DNA of 64,000 bases from Tubiluchus corallicola (lineage: Eukaryota; Animalia; Priapulida), in assembly GCA_030141605.1 (NCBI GenBank), contig JAQGDQ010000293.1, positions 230,190-294,189 of the forward strand. Reading direction: 5' to 3'. The notes under the pieces are model-generated. The model was not told where the DNA came from, ran no database searches, and worked only from the letters and a program-made list of their open reading frames with translations. Each line of letters starts with the position of its first letter. The stretch's first letter is position 1. Positions 1-25,421 of this stretch are shown in pieces. The translations under genes were made by a program, and so were the position numbers.

Positions 1-543
1 AGATTTGCACCGAATGTTGCGCCACGTTCAACATGGACCGCCGATGATTCAAGCCAGTTACTTTTTTTGCAAAATCTTTAACTGCTCAGTAAGACAAAGA
101 TTATCGGCCAATATTTTTTGAAATCAAATATTTACACTAAAAATAAAGACCTCTCAAAAGACTCTGTGCGTGTAACTGCGTATTGATAATTGCGTACACT
201 ATCGGCAATAATGCAGTCAAATTAAATGACAGACAAATTGGTTTGGCATGAAAATATCTCAGTAAAGTACATACAACACCTCAGTATACAAAGCATCACA
301 GATTTTGCCTTATGTTAATTGATCACTAACCACCATAGCCTGAACCAAGTTAACAGACAAGCAGCAAAGAAATTTACAAAACTGTCTTTGAAGGAGAGCT
401 CCACATGCAACAAAAAAATTAAGCAGTACATTCATTCTTTCATCAGATGTGTTTTTAAGGCCGTTTTACAAGGGTGGCAGTACCGCTGACAAAGCTGGTG
501 GTGCATTTTGACATAAAAGGTCCAGGCAGGTGTACAGGACTCA

Positions 544-3123
544 TTAGCTGGCCGCGGCAGAATGCGGCATTCCGGTCAAATCCATAAATGATCGTTGACC
601 CAGCTCAAATTTTTCCGTCGTCTCTCTGAATTTTTCCACCAGTTTGCTCAACTTTACGCTTTCTGGTGTTTTGCCTTCAACAGAGACCTCTACTGGTGAA
701 ATGGTGATGCTCGTCTCCTCAGTGCCGTTCTTCTTGATAACGGTTTTTCGATAAACTTTCCTCTTTAATATAATTCTGGAAAACAAAGTTTGTCATTAAT
801 TAATAGAGTTATAAATTTGCTTACTGGCTGTTTCAATACAGTTATATGGGAGCTTGCCACAAAAAAAAGAATAACTAACACTGTCTACAGTCAATACTCT
901 TGTGACTTGTAATTTTAAGGCTTCATTTAGGCTTGTTACACAAAAAAACAACAACATAATAATGAATAAAGTTACTATACTGCAGAAAACGGCATGCTGA
1001 TCTTTCTATACTTAACTTCTGTTATGCCTGGATCCATACACAAAAGAGAAAATATATGACATAAAGTATATCAACAGCAACACAACAAAAAGTATTGGCT
1101 ATAACCATTTAGGATAATCAAATTTTATTAAAGGCGATCCTATCTATAAAAGACGATTTCTATCTATTTCTATTTTTATCTATTTATTTTTCTCTTAGAA
1201 ATCAGCCAAGCATATGTGAAAAAAAAATAGGGTTCAGCACAACCAATGCATTAAAGTACTGGAATAACACTAATTGGTTGATAAGAAACAAATTCTTTGT
1301 CAATAATTTGCTTTTAAAAACATGCTGTCTTAAGTGGGAGGGCAGGCAGTTCATCGCTTTGACTGATCTCTTCTGTTTGTTCCAGCTGCAACACTTCATT
1401 TTATTTGGACGCTTAATGAGTGATTAAGTGTCCATTGTAAACAAATAGTCCTTACTTCAGTGTGACGTGCTAAAACTACAAACAACTAAGTGAGCTACCA
1501 AAGACAAACCTGCAAAAAGCCGATACACGTTTCACAAACTTACTTTGATTTTTTGGGCAGTTCCAACGTAGGCGGTGCAACCTCGACTGATTCTGATGGT
1601 AGACTGTCGAGAGTTTCTAGACTGCTGGTTTTCGCTTTGAACCAAATTCCACTGTCTTCTGAATCATAAGACACTTCCGGATCATCTTTACTGGACAGTT
1701 GGTAGGAAAAGCGACGAGGTGGCTGTGGACTTAACTGAGCTGTAATGATTAGAATGTTGTGAACACAGCAAAACTAGAAACGCAAACACACAATTTCATA
1801 GAAGTCATTTTTGCAGAAAACTGCAATAAATTTGCTCAAATCACTATAAAAAGATTATAATCAACAAAATGTTGTCCAATTTTTAAATTTTAGCTAAGAC
1901 ATGACTATTGACTATTAGAATTTTTTATATTGTATATTAAACCAACCTACCTAATGCATTGCAGTGAAAAGGTATCCTCCGTGCTGAAAGGGGAGTGTCT
2001 CCCTCTCTTGCTACAAAGTTTGTACACTTTGACACAAGATCAAACTTCTTCTCGGTATGTGGCGTTGATTCTGGTGACTCAGAACCCAAACGCAGGACAG
2101 ATTGGGGATGAACAATCGGCCTACAAAAAGTAGTTGTTCATTATTTACTCATCTTGTATCTCTAGACTCTTTTATACTTACATTTTGTATTTTAATTGAT
2201 TCAGTTTTAGGACATACAACACTGGACTATAAGCAAGCTGTTTTATATTAGTCTAAAACGTTTCTTGCACCAAAGTTTGTTTTATAGCAGCCCCAAAAGT
2301 TTCTTACTGTCTAGCCTGAATGTCTGAGCAAGTTACTCTTGACACTTCTCACAGTGAATAGATTATAGAGAAGGGAGTCTCAGCTCGCACTTACTATAGG
2401 AAAGTAACTCACAGCGAGTTGTGCTCTCTGGTATGAACGCGCTTGCGAGTTACATAGCAGGTTAACTTGGCAAGAAAACCCACTAGTCTGAACACGCCGT
2501 TAGGCAACATCGCTAATAATTACAGCACACATCTCATGCATGACACACACTTAAAGCCTGCACTGTAAGAACATGACTCACTTGCTTTTGCAAAAGAATC
2601 TTTTGAAAAGGAATTGCACAGCTAACTACAATTATCAAGATTACCTGAATTCAACATGATTCTTTTTAGGATCTCTGTTAGACAGATACTTAACTCCAAC
2701 AACTACAGCAGTCGCAGCAAGTGCAACCTTGGCAACATTACCTACAAAACAAACATGAAAGTGGCTTAAAGAATCGGCACGTACAAGTTACAACACCTTG
2801 ACAAAAAAAACAAAAGAAATTGAAACCTGGCACAATACCTTACCTGCTTATTCCTGCCTCATAGAAGGTGTCAACTAGAATTAACACTTAAAAATGTTTC
2901 AATAATTTGCTGAGTTAATCATTACTTTAAATTACTAGATTTCACGGATTTGACATTTAGTTAATTTGCAACACAACACATGAATACCTAATGCAAGCTT
3001 CTATAATAACAGATATTTACTGTATCATAACTTACTGTCAATAAACAGACTGTTTTGTAACAACAACTGACTTGCTCGAATGCTGACACACGCTATATAA
3101 AGTGTTGACAAAAGCACTCCCAT
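544..3123 (-). CDS. Uncharacterised 5-exon protein (~260 aa) with MGxxxS N-terminus, hydrophobic segments and Ser/Pro/Glu-rich body
   Basis: Exons 3123-3036, 2741-2645, 2120-1951, 1739-1544 and 775-544 all have GT..AG boundaries and compatible phases (1,2,1,2). They join into one open frame MGVLLSTLYIACVS...NVAKVALAATAVVVGVKYL...KIILKRKVYRKTVIKKNGTEETSITISP...HSAAAS*. No family recognised; the first exon is the least certain. Confidence 0.7.
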
Positions 3124-4967
3124 GAGATAAACAACTGTTTTTCTTTCTCAACTCAATCAAATTACATAAACAAGTAGTTTGTGGCAAACATAAACTACTG
3201 TTTTCTAGTTGGTCGCTTCAGGCTGCTATACGATAAACTCATTAAGCTTAACTGAACTCTTTCACTAACATCACGAATGCGGCGGGCAATTAGGCACATC
3301 GAACTTGCTACATTGATCAACTTCGTCGTCTGCTTTTGCGCAGAAACGGTCGGCGGACCAGGTCCCTTCCATGGTACTTCAGACTAGACTCCATGGGTGA
3401 TATTAACAACAACGTCTATGGTTTCGCACAATCAACAACATTCTAGTTAACAATCACAGCAGGGTTTTGCTACATAAAGTCAGTGAAGGGCAAACTAGAA
3501 GCTAAAAATAGCAACACCGATAACTGACATAAATATTAATCACAACGCTGAATGTCAACTATGGATATAAAGTCAATATACAAGGTTCTACCTAAAACGA
3601 ATTAAAAATTCACAATAAAATCGCGGGCAAAATAAAAGCTGACTAACGCAGGGTACTAGAGGGTAAGAGAGGAAACCTAAAATAAGTGACCAACATAAAC
3701 AAAGACTGCAAAACCTCAATGTTCTGTCAACTGATATTCTTAAGCCAAAACAGCTCCAAAAATAGACCTTAAAATGCATGCGAGTTATTGACCAGTGCGT
3801 AGTGAAATCAAAACCTACAAGTAAACATCTTAATGGATCTACAACTGTTGAAAACTAAAACTGAAAAAGCCTCATGGCAAAATGGTTTTGACAACAACAA
3901 TAAACAGAAATGGATAAACAAAAATACAAGTTAAGAATATACACACAATTAAGAAGAAAATTAAGAATAATCTCTACGATTTAACATTTGCAAGAAGAAA
4001 AACGTTTCAATTCAATTATGTAAAAAATTACAGCCACCCCCTCCGGGCATGAATGGAACAAGTCACATAGAAACCAAAACACCCATTCCACGATAGGTTG
4101 TTTTGTTTGCGTGACTTTAGTAGAAATAAACAGAAACAATTTGAGGTGCCCTAGCCGTCTGCTGTCGACTAAAAACGATAAGAGGCAATTGGTAGAGCCA
4201 GCAAAGTGACAGGAAAGAATGAATGACATTAAAGACAGAGGGTAGTGTAGGCTGCTGCCAAAAGTCCTTAGCAAAACATCTATGGAAATTGGGGACATGG
4301 TTATAGGCAATTGTTTCAAATATTTCTCTGGAGCCCTAAAATCAACTCAGAGCTCCCCCACGCAAAGTGAAACATGCCCAAGTTAAACCTCCCTCATTAG
4401 CTAATGCAGAAACAAACTGGAAGCTGCAACTGGAGAAAGTCGGGCCGTGCACAGAAAGCGAAAATCCGGGAGAGGAATACAGTGATTTTTGTATGTGCTG
4501 CGCAGTGTTACAAACTGGCATTTTTGCTCGCAATCTAGAACATCATTTACAACAAACCGGTGAAGAAGCGTTTTTCTTGTCATTGTCATGGTTTTGGTTG
4601 AGTTTGCAACAGAGGGAGAATGTGCAATTTATGAGCATAACAGAAAAAGGCAACTATGTGAATTGACATGAAATATTCAAAGTCAGGAATATTCTAAATG
4701 AATGCTATCACTGCTGTGGTTTGCAGTGCAATGTGATTCAGCGAAACGATCACAACAAACGGGCACAAAGTCATCTATGAAGAGCAATTGTTTTGACTAT
4801 TGATCAAAAAGTATAATTTTGAATTTGCGTAGAAGTGAATCTGAGTAGAAGTGAAAAGTGAGTTCGTAAATGCAGTTTCTACCAATGAATTTGCTACGCT
4901 GTACTGCCAGTGTAGATAGAATGACAACGAATTGGCAGTTCAATCAAACCATGTTACAATGCCCCCT

Positions 4968-5123
4968 TTACAATGCCAACCTGCCCAAATTTTTGGCAAA
5001 ACGAAATATCTGTATTTTTGCACGGCCATGTATACATTGATGCACCGTGTTATAATGCTAAACTTGTTTAATGCCAACCGTTTTGCAGTCCCAAAGTAGG
5101 TGGTATAAACATCTCTGGCTGTA
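4968..5123. mobile_element. Non-autonomous DNA transposon fragment; second copy at ~11520-11700
   Basis: The segment 'taatgctaaac...aatgccaac...ttgcagtcc.aaagtagg.ggtataaa' is shared between ~5050-5110 and ~11630-11690. Confidence 0.5.
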
Positions 5124-8100
5124 AACATTATATTTTTAGACTTATCATAATAAGAAATCACCACATAAAAATATTATTAAAAACTCTTTAATGAATTTGA
5201 AATAAAATAAAATTCAACAAATAAAATAATAAGCAAAAAATGAACTTGGACCTAAATTTTTGTTTTCTTGAATTTTGGCTTGCAAAATGGATGGCGTGTC
5301 TTGCAAACAAATCTTCATAAGGGGTCATTGAGCTCAGTAAGACTTGAACAGGTCCTAAGCAGATTGAGTTACTTAATGTTTGCTTCTTAATTTTAAGTTC
5401 CAAACTACCAAAGTTTCCAATGCTCAGTGTTATTATAAAAATGGCACATGAACATAAGGCTATAATTGACTAAGTTCAATATTGCGACCAGTGAGAAAAA
5501 CGGGTTAACAGGACAACAGTCTAAAAGGTGGAATGTCTGGCAACTCTAGGGAGAAACGAATGGGACATGTAATAATGGTGCGATAAATAAGGGTTTTACT
5601 AGTATAATGCAATAAAGGACCGAAGTGAAAAATGGGAAAAAACATCACGCATATGACTTTTTTCCTCACAGCCATTATTTTACCATGCCATTAATTGTTT
5701 TTACCCTACTTTTACTTGTTTAAGCAACTGTAGTCATCTCATCATATTCTTCAATATTTTTCTGCTTTTATTTTTAATTTAATTTTTGTATTCATTATTC
5801 TCCACTCATTATTTTAAAAACAGAAGAAATGAATCTTGTTTACCACAACGGATATAAGAGTGTTTTTAATATTTATTTTGCATTGCACAAGTATTTGATT
5901 GGCTTGTATTGTTGTACAAGTATAAATGTATTGCAACGTACTCAAAACAAATCAAGAGACAACAAAGTGACACCGCCTACAGTTTTATTTTCTAAAAACT
6001 TACCGTTAATTGCACTTCTCAGAAAATCAGACAGCATGATAAAAAATTATTTAGTGAAATGACAGTACGTTATTTGGATTCGGAATAAACACGGACAAGT
6101 GAAAAACTGATCTAATTTGGTACAAACAAAATTTTGATAAACTATCCTACGTCAGAAGCCATCTTTTATTATTGTCCGGAATCAAGTAACCGATAACTCG
6201 TTTCTTCAGTCTTCAGAAATCTTACGATCCAATGAATTAACCATTAGTTAATCTAAGCTGTCTATGCAGCTACAGCGCAGACAGGTTAGGCCTAAGAGCT
6301 TCTGTTAATTACAGTATTTCATTTTTAAGCGATTTAGTTTTAGCAGTTTAACTGAATAGGTAGAATTTGTGCAGTGTGCTCTATGAGTTTATGTAGCTAT
6401 GAGAGCTGCTGTAGTCCATGTAATAGCCCTGTAATAAGTACAAGATCAACAAGGTTTCAGAGCGCATATTTTGTAGCTCCAAGCTGGATGTAAAAAAAAC
6501 ACCCTCTTGCCTAATCTGTCGAGTGGGCTTGTTGCAACTCATGATACTTTAGGGAAAGGTGACGAATAGTGGCAAGATTATGGAGTTAGTTTGCCTGTTT
6601 AGCTAGGCTACGCAGTTTTGAAAACGCGTTTTTAATCACGTAAACTAAAATAACCTCGCGCTAAAATAACCCCCTGGCAGTTCCAGATTCTAATGTGAAG
6701 GTTTTTGTAGAGTGTGACTAAATTTTAAATTAACTCACGGGTGTCAATAGCTGCACCAAGTCAAAACTAGTGTGCATCAGTTTTGTGCACTGTACGATAT
6801 TATTACAACACGCAAGCAAGAATATTTAATGTGATGTCCCAAACTAAGAAGTAAGCAGCCAATAGAAAAGTTCGAGATTGACTGATAATACTGAAAAATG
6901 CGCATTTTACGTTCACAGTCACACAAGTTAGATAGATAATTTATTCATCTCTTTGCCAGGCAAATGTGCTTAGATTTGAATATTATATATTTTGATGTTT
7001 TAATAAGAAAATAAGTATATTCTTTCATGATGAGTCAAAAAATGCAACAATTTTTATATGTAATGGTATTTTAAATTCTGATGTTTTTATTCTGTCTAAA
7101 TTGCACAGTAGATGGAGGCAGTACAAACTATTATAATTCATGAATATTTGCTAATAATCATTGTATTTTATTTTTTACTTTCCACCAATCCTTATATTTT
7201 ATTATGTGTTTGAGTTCTATGTAAATTATTTTTATGTAAATTTTACGCATACATGTATTACGTGTTCTATGAGCTTTTTGTAAATTTTACTTACTTACTG
7301 AGTTGTATACATAACGTGAATCAAAACAAACAAAATTCAATTAGAATGGAGAAAGGGTGTGGAAAAACCAAACGGTTATCGAATCAGCCATCCTAAAAGT
7401 TAGACGTATAGGGACAAAATTAGGCCTGTAAACTTATAGTCTGATGTAACATTCGCATCTTACAACTGCGGTTTATTTTTGTTGTCCCCAATGTTGCCTA
7501 TACCCACAATAACTCACACAATACTTTCATTAAACTTTCATTGTCATTGTTGACGTAAAAAAAATAAATTTCGCAAATTTTTGCCTTTTGATTTTTCTGT
7601 ATGTACATATGTTCTCCACTTACTTAAAGCTAACCAATTTAAAACAATATAAAACTTTTGAAACTGAAACACAAGTTTTATTATTATACACTTACTGCAA
7701 CTTAACACATAAACACCTTAACCTAGAAACTGCCATACAATAATAATAACGGACAATTAAAATTAAAAACATTATAGTGGTTGCAAACAGTTAATTTCTT
7801 GTTCACAAAATCGACTGGAAAACGTAAAGCTTCTAATATTTCAATTTTTACGAACTGCAATAGTTGTAGCCAGAGATAATAGTTGTAGCCATAGATAATA
7901 ATATACGTAGTATGTATACTATAGCTGTAAGACAAAAAAGGTCAGTGCCATTTATATTGTCAAGAAATGGATTCATTACACGTCCATGTTACTTGCAGGT
8001 CATAATACATTTGTAAAAGCATGTTGACAATGCATTTACAGAACACAAACAAACTGCAAAAAACGTGCATCATTTCTTACAATTTTGCAAAAACTACAGT

Positions 8101-10472
8101 TCAAGAAAATCATTTATTATAGGCCAACGACATAAGTACTTTAAAATATGGAAATCTGTGGTGGTATGCTAAACACCTCTATTGCAAACTGAACTACAGA
8201 CAACACATTGCTTAATTTGAAACACGAATAAACTGAAAAAACACAACATTTATAATCATAGGTAACATAAATATCAATAGGCGTGATTATAGTAACCCTT
8301 ATTACACTTGAAAGAACAGCACTGCGAAACAGGACTATGGCTTGTAAACACGGCACAAAATCTAGAAATTGGTCTTATTAATTATATTATGTTCAAAGGA
8401 GAGCAGTAGGACTTTGATGCAAATTCAACTACAGTTGAATCAACTCCCAACTCAAATCATTTGCAAAATATCAATTCTTTCAATCAATTTCAACTTGACC
8501 TAAAAGTAATGACATATGTTCGACACCAGTTGCAAAGATTTGAGACAAAATGGTGGTAGTTAAACAAATGTTCTTGTTGGCCATTTTAATACCTGTGAAA
8601 GTTGGTTAACTTGAAATGAAATAGCATAAAGCAATAGTCACTAGTTGTTTCAACTATAGTTGAACATATAAGCACATATCATTGAGCATATGAAACACAT
8701 GTCTGACCTTAAGACAATAGCAATCTACTTCATACACATTTGTTTTGCTTGGTATTTGTATTTATAACACCTTATATTTCCTTGTCTAATTTTTAAGTAT
8801 AAAACTTTTCCACTTTCGTGAAATAAAGAAAACATTAGATATGAGTGATAATCTTTAAAACGTGATAACATTTACATAATTGTATTATATAATTAAATAA
8901 TATAGGCCAACCACTAAATCACAAACGAAAGCATGCAAATTCATAAGTGCAAACGTAACAGTGAATTAATTACACCAACCAGACAGTGCGCGTGATAATA
9001 ACAATGTAAACAACAATCAACATGTGCATGCATTCAAACAATTATAATGTTTTAAAACATTCTATAACATAATTTAAAATAAAAAAAATTACCGATATAT
9101 AATCTTATCGCTAACATAATAAACGTAGTAAAGTTTCTAAAACGATGGGGAAGCAAATATCAGCACAACATGTTTTCCATTTCGTATCTAAACAGAAAAT
9201 TCACTAAACGACATAATTCACAGTATCTGCATAGTCACGATTTGATTATATTTTAACACTGATGTGCCAAGAAGCAACAGAATATGAAACAGCATGTTGC
9301 GCAATGCGATCGTTTGCAAATTTCAAACAACTAACCATTTGTTTTCAGATTTTGCTTGTCTTATCACGATTGTTGTTTCACAAAAGTACTAGAGTTCTCA
9401 ATACTGTTGTTTTTCTCCATAATTCATTAAACTATTATGACAAGCTAGCAAATCTGTACAATATACTGAAAAGTTAATGTGAGCAAGTATGCATGTGAAC
9501 AAGCTCATGGTTCAAACAGAGCTTAGTGACACTTCTTATCTTCCATATTAAATACTTATTGCCTTTATGTGACACTTACTAAAAATGGCCTACTCCTTTG
9601 CAATGTGTCACAGTAACAACAATAAAAAGTATCATTTTTTTCAATGATGATGCCATATGTTATAGAAAAGAACAAGAAAAAGAAACTGAATAAAAATAAA
9701 ATTTCAAACAACAGTACTACAGATACTAAATATTTAAAAGTATGAAACACGCAAATTTTTAATGTACACTAAATTACAAGCAATAGTATAATGGTTTTGG
9801 TAGTTTTTAATCATTCTGCTAAACCTACACAGCTCTGCTAAGGACGAAATTGGCAAACAAGCTATGAGATTTGTTTTCTGGGTATAAGTGCTTTAAAAGT
9901 TCTTTTTTTGAAACTAAAACACTTAACATCTGGACTACATGTACACGTAAAGGTGTATAAGGGCTGGTACTTATACATGTGTGAAATGCAATTCTGTAAT
10001 TCTCTATGCTACAAATTCCAAAACACGATGTGCATAGTGAGTCAACGTAACACAGCACTAAAGATAAGCTGTTTCCACCTTTTCATATTGCAGTGCAGCC
10101 AGAGAAAAGAAATTTCTTCATTGATCATTGCAGTCAGCGATTGTGGGCCTGACTACGGTGATGTCTACAAAATGTCTGCCATATTTACTTAGTGGGACCT
10201 AATATAAAATGCCACAGGTGCTACAGAAGTGAACAATCAACAGAAATAAAAAATCAAATGACACAATTCAAAACCAACGCAACTGATCTCAAATAGACGC
10301 ATCTCATTTGTGAAAATAAAACGTGGAAAAATGAATGGTAAAACTCACTGACAAAACTAACTACTTGGAATTGTGACAGACAGACGTTTCTGAATATATA
10401 AAAATGTTTAAGCTATGCAGTCGACGTTCAGTCTTTCATGGATGCACAAAAGAGGAATATCTCGCATAAAAC

Positions 10473-22515
<12,043 letters not shown>

Positions 22516-22750
22516 GATCGGATTCTAAAAATTCAGCTGAAATTATAAAGTATTATTTGCAAAACTGGTGTAATTTATTTCTAAAACTAGAGGAAAATCC
22601 ACAACCGGAAATAGCAACAGCGGTGCCACCTTTTGTACGTATTTACAGAAATGAGCTATGATTTAAAGATTTTCGCCAACAGGTGCCGCAACAACACGTT
22701 ATCCTATTATCTTGTCTGTTATTCTAATCATGCCCTGACCCCGGACTTAC

Positions 22751-22830
22751 CTTCAGCAAAATCCAATTCGACATGACTGTCTTGTTCGACATATGTGATT
22801 CAGCGGACGTTACTTTAACACGGGCTTCAC
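22751..22830 (-). other. macroH2A: Probable upstream (5' leader) exon of macroH2A
   Basis: Strong donor AAG|gtaagt at 22751/22750 and AG acceptors 9 and 21 nt before the main ATG. The 5' end is not determinable. Confidence 0.6.
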
Positions 22831-22869
22831 TTATCACTTTAACCTATAATCTTACAAAATCCAGATAAA

Positions 22870-23230
22870 ACTGTACTAAAAATAATACAAAGAAGAAGAA
22901 AAGTAAGGAGAAAAAGAAGACGGAAAAAAGAGTAGGAAAGGAAAATAAAAAAACGAAAGTAAAAGGAAGAGAAAACCAAAGAAGAGAAGATAAAAGGAAA
23001 AGAGAAACAGAAATGTAAAAGTAGAAAGAAAGGAAAAAGAGAGAACGAAAAAATTAATAACCAACAAGAAAAGGAAAAAAGAAAAGTAAGGAAAAGAAAA
23101 ATGAAAGAAAGAGAAAAATGAAAATCACAAAAAGTAAAAGAAGTGAAAGGAAGAAAAGAAAGGAGAGTGCAAATGAAAAAGAAGGAAGGAGAAGGAGAGG
23201 AAAAGAAAGGAAAGAAAAGAAAAAAGACTA
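22870..23230. repeat. ~360-bp polypurine (A/G) low-complexity tract
   Basis: Almost pure A/G on the plus strand (gaaaaagaagacggaaaaaagagtaggaaagg...). Confidence 0.9.
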
Positions 23231-23519
23231 TTCTTCCAACGTAGACCGTCAAGATAGACTGGTGCAAGAGAGCATCTTTGTAGTGTTTGTTGCAGCTGCA
23301 CATGCATCTAAAGCTGAGTTCAAATGTTTCAGGAGCGGTAATGATAACCGCAAAAATCACTTTTCATACATCGCTTTAGCAAAAACAACTATTAGCAAGC
23401 AATCTACATTAATCATTCAGCCTACAGCTCTCTGTCTAGTCATTTTGTCGTCAATATTCAGTATCAAGAGATATAAATTGTGCATCTAAAAGTAGCTCAA
23501 ATACACCTACTTGGCCCCA

Positions 23520-23816
23520 TTTACCATAGATAGTGTACGTACGAAGTTACGCGCATCAAACACGAGCGCGGCAAGCCCTGGGAAGCGGGTTCAGTGGACA
23601 GCTGGCTATGAGTCTGTGTACTTAGTGTTAATTTCTCTTCCCTTATTGCCATCACAGCTGCTTGCGAAGCTTGCTAGCTATTTGTCGATCGAAGCAGCGC
23701 CGTGATAACTGTCGTATAACGGTACCGAGTGCATATCAGCCGGGGAAGGTAGAGGAGAAACGCCGACTATGAGGAGAAGCCCGAGATCCAACGCCTGAGT
23801 GAGAAGTGATCTATTT
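23520..23816 (+). promoter_or_regulatory. CpG-richer island and candidate non-coding first exon of ATOH8
   Basis: GC/CpG-enriched patch ending in a gtaagt donor at 23817. The ATOH8 coding exon starts with an acceptor at 28192, which implies an upstream exon. The link between the two is inferred. Confidence 0.45.
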
Positions 23817-24387
23817 GTAAGTAACAGCGCACTGTAATTAAAGTAAATTAGGCATTGGCCAAGTACTATTATTATTGTGATAACGCGATTACATTAGGAA
23901 GACCTACTTATTAAATTTGAGTTAAAAACGAGACAGGCAAGCTGCTACTGCCTACTGAACCGCAGAGCACTGACCTTGGCTTCGTTTTATTAGAAAAGAC
24001 GTACACGCCGCAGTGTTGTATTCATTGACTCACTGACTGACTGCCTTATTCACTGTCTCATTAGAATTACTGCTGTGAAACATAAGCCACTGAAAGTTTG
24101 AAAATCAATTTCATTTTAAATATTGTAATCGGGCTCATACTTTGAAGACAATTTAACACGCGTGATCTTCTTACTTGACTTTTAGTGTCAACTTGGCTAT
24201 TAGTGTCAACTTGGCTATTAATGAACAGAAACTTTTTAATACTTTTTCTGCTCATATGCTTTGAATATGCTGGTATTTTTTGCATTGTACTGTACATTAA
24301 TTAATTAGTTTTAGGCTTTAATTGTATTATTGACGCTGATGATAATGTGTACAGTACAAATTCACGTCTATAGGCATGTAAACTATA

Positions 24388-24715
24388 GGATTCTATGTGT
24401 AGTTTTGTGTACTAACTGGCAGTTAACATACTACAGTATAACTACGTTATGCGGTTAGTTCATGTACTGTATATGTATAACGAATTGTAACATGCGATTC
24501 TATGTGTAGTTTTGTGTACTAACTGGCAGTTAACATACTACAGTATAACTACATTATGCGTTTAGTTCATGTACTGTAGTATATTAATAACGAATTGTAA
24601 CATACGATTCTATGTGTAGTTTTGTGTACTAACTGGCAGTTAACATACTACAGTATAACTACATTATGCGTTGAGTTCATGTACTGTAGTATGTGAATAA
24701 CGAATTGTAACATAC
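24388..24715. repeat. Tandem repeat, ~107-109 bp x3
   Basis: 'gattctatgtgtagttttgtgtactaactggcagttaacatactacagtataactac' occurs three times. Confidence 0.9.
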
Positions 24716-25229
24716 CGTCAACCTACGTCGATTACCTGCTGTAATCTGGTAGCCCTTTACTGCTGCACTTATTGTCTGCGTTTCTGTTGACTTGTGAAAT
24801 CTAATATCGGGATATCACAGACGCTTGGGTTGATCAATGATGATCTATCACCTATCAAACCTTTCTTTCAACAAGATGCATGGGTTGGCCTACAGGTTAG
24901 AATACCGCTAGAAACGGTTCAGTTAAGTTCAAAATTGAAATTCGATCACGTTCTCGTAGAACCTATATGAAGATGTTATGGACATCTACGCTATTTATTT
25001 AACCCCCCCCCCCCCCCGAAGAGGCACTGTTGTTGTTGTTTTAATTCGCGAGTCGATTTATAAGCGCAACTTAATTACTATAACGTATCAAAACTCCAAG
25101 GTGCTTCGCTTTGAAGCTATTTTATTTAAATAAATGAACATTACGTTTCAAATGCACATCACTTCGTCAAAGCTATGAAATTTAAATATTATAGCTAGCG
25201 CCGAATTATCACCTTTTTTGGGCCCCTAG

Positions 25230-25421
25230 CAGGGCCGGCCTTAAGCATAGGCAAACTAGGCAACCGCCTAGGGCCTCGCACAGGAATCATAAGAAAAAAA
25301 GGTAGTTTTTAATAAATTGCGTAATTTTATTTTTTTCGTATTTATTTTTTATTTTTCTATTTCATTTGGGGCCACCAAATTCACTTCGCCTAGGACCTCC
25401 AATTACCTAAGGCCGGCCCTG
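25230..25421. mobile_element. MITE nested in an older element (~25195-25785)
   Basis: TIRs cagggccggcctta / taaggccggccctg flanked by duplicated cccctag. Confidence 0.75.

Noticed and set aside
3981-4666. Overlapping 60-112 aa ORFs on both strands
   Set aside because: No recognisable domain and no phase-compatible splice sites linking them to neighbouring genes.
22839-23489. Phe-rich and Lys/Arg-rich ORFs
   Set aside because: Artefacts of the polypurine tract.
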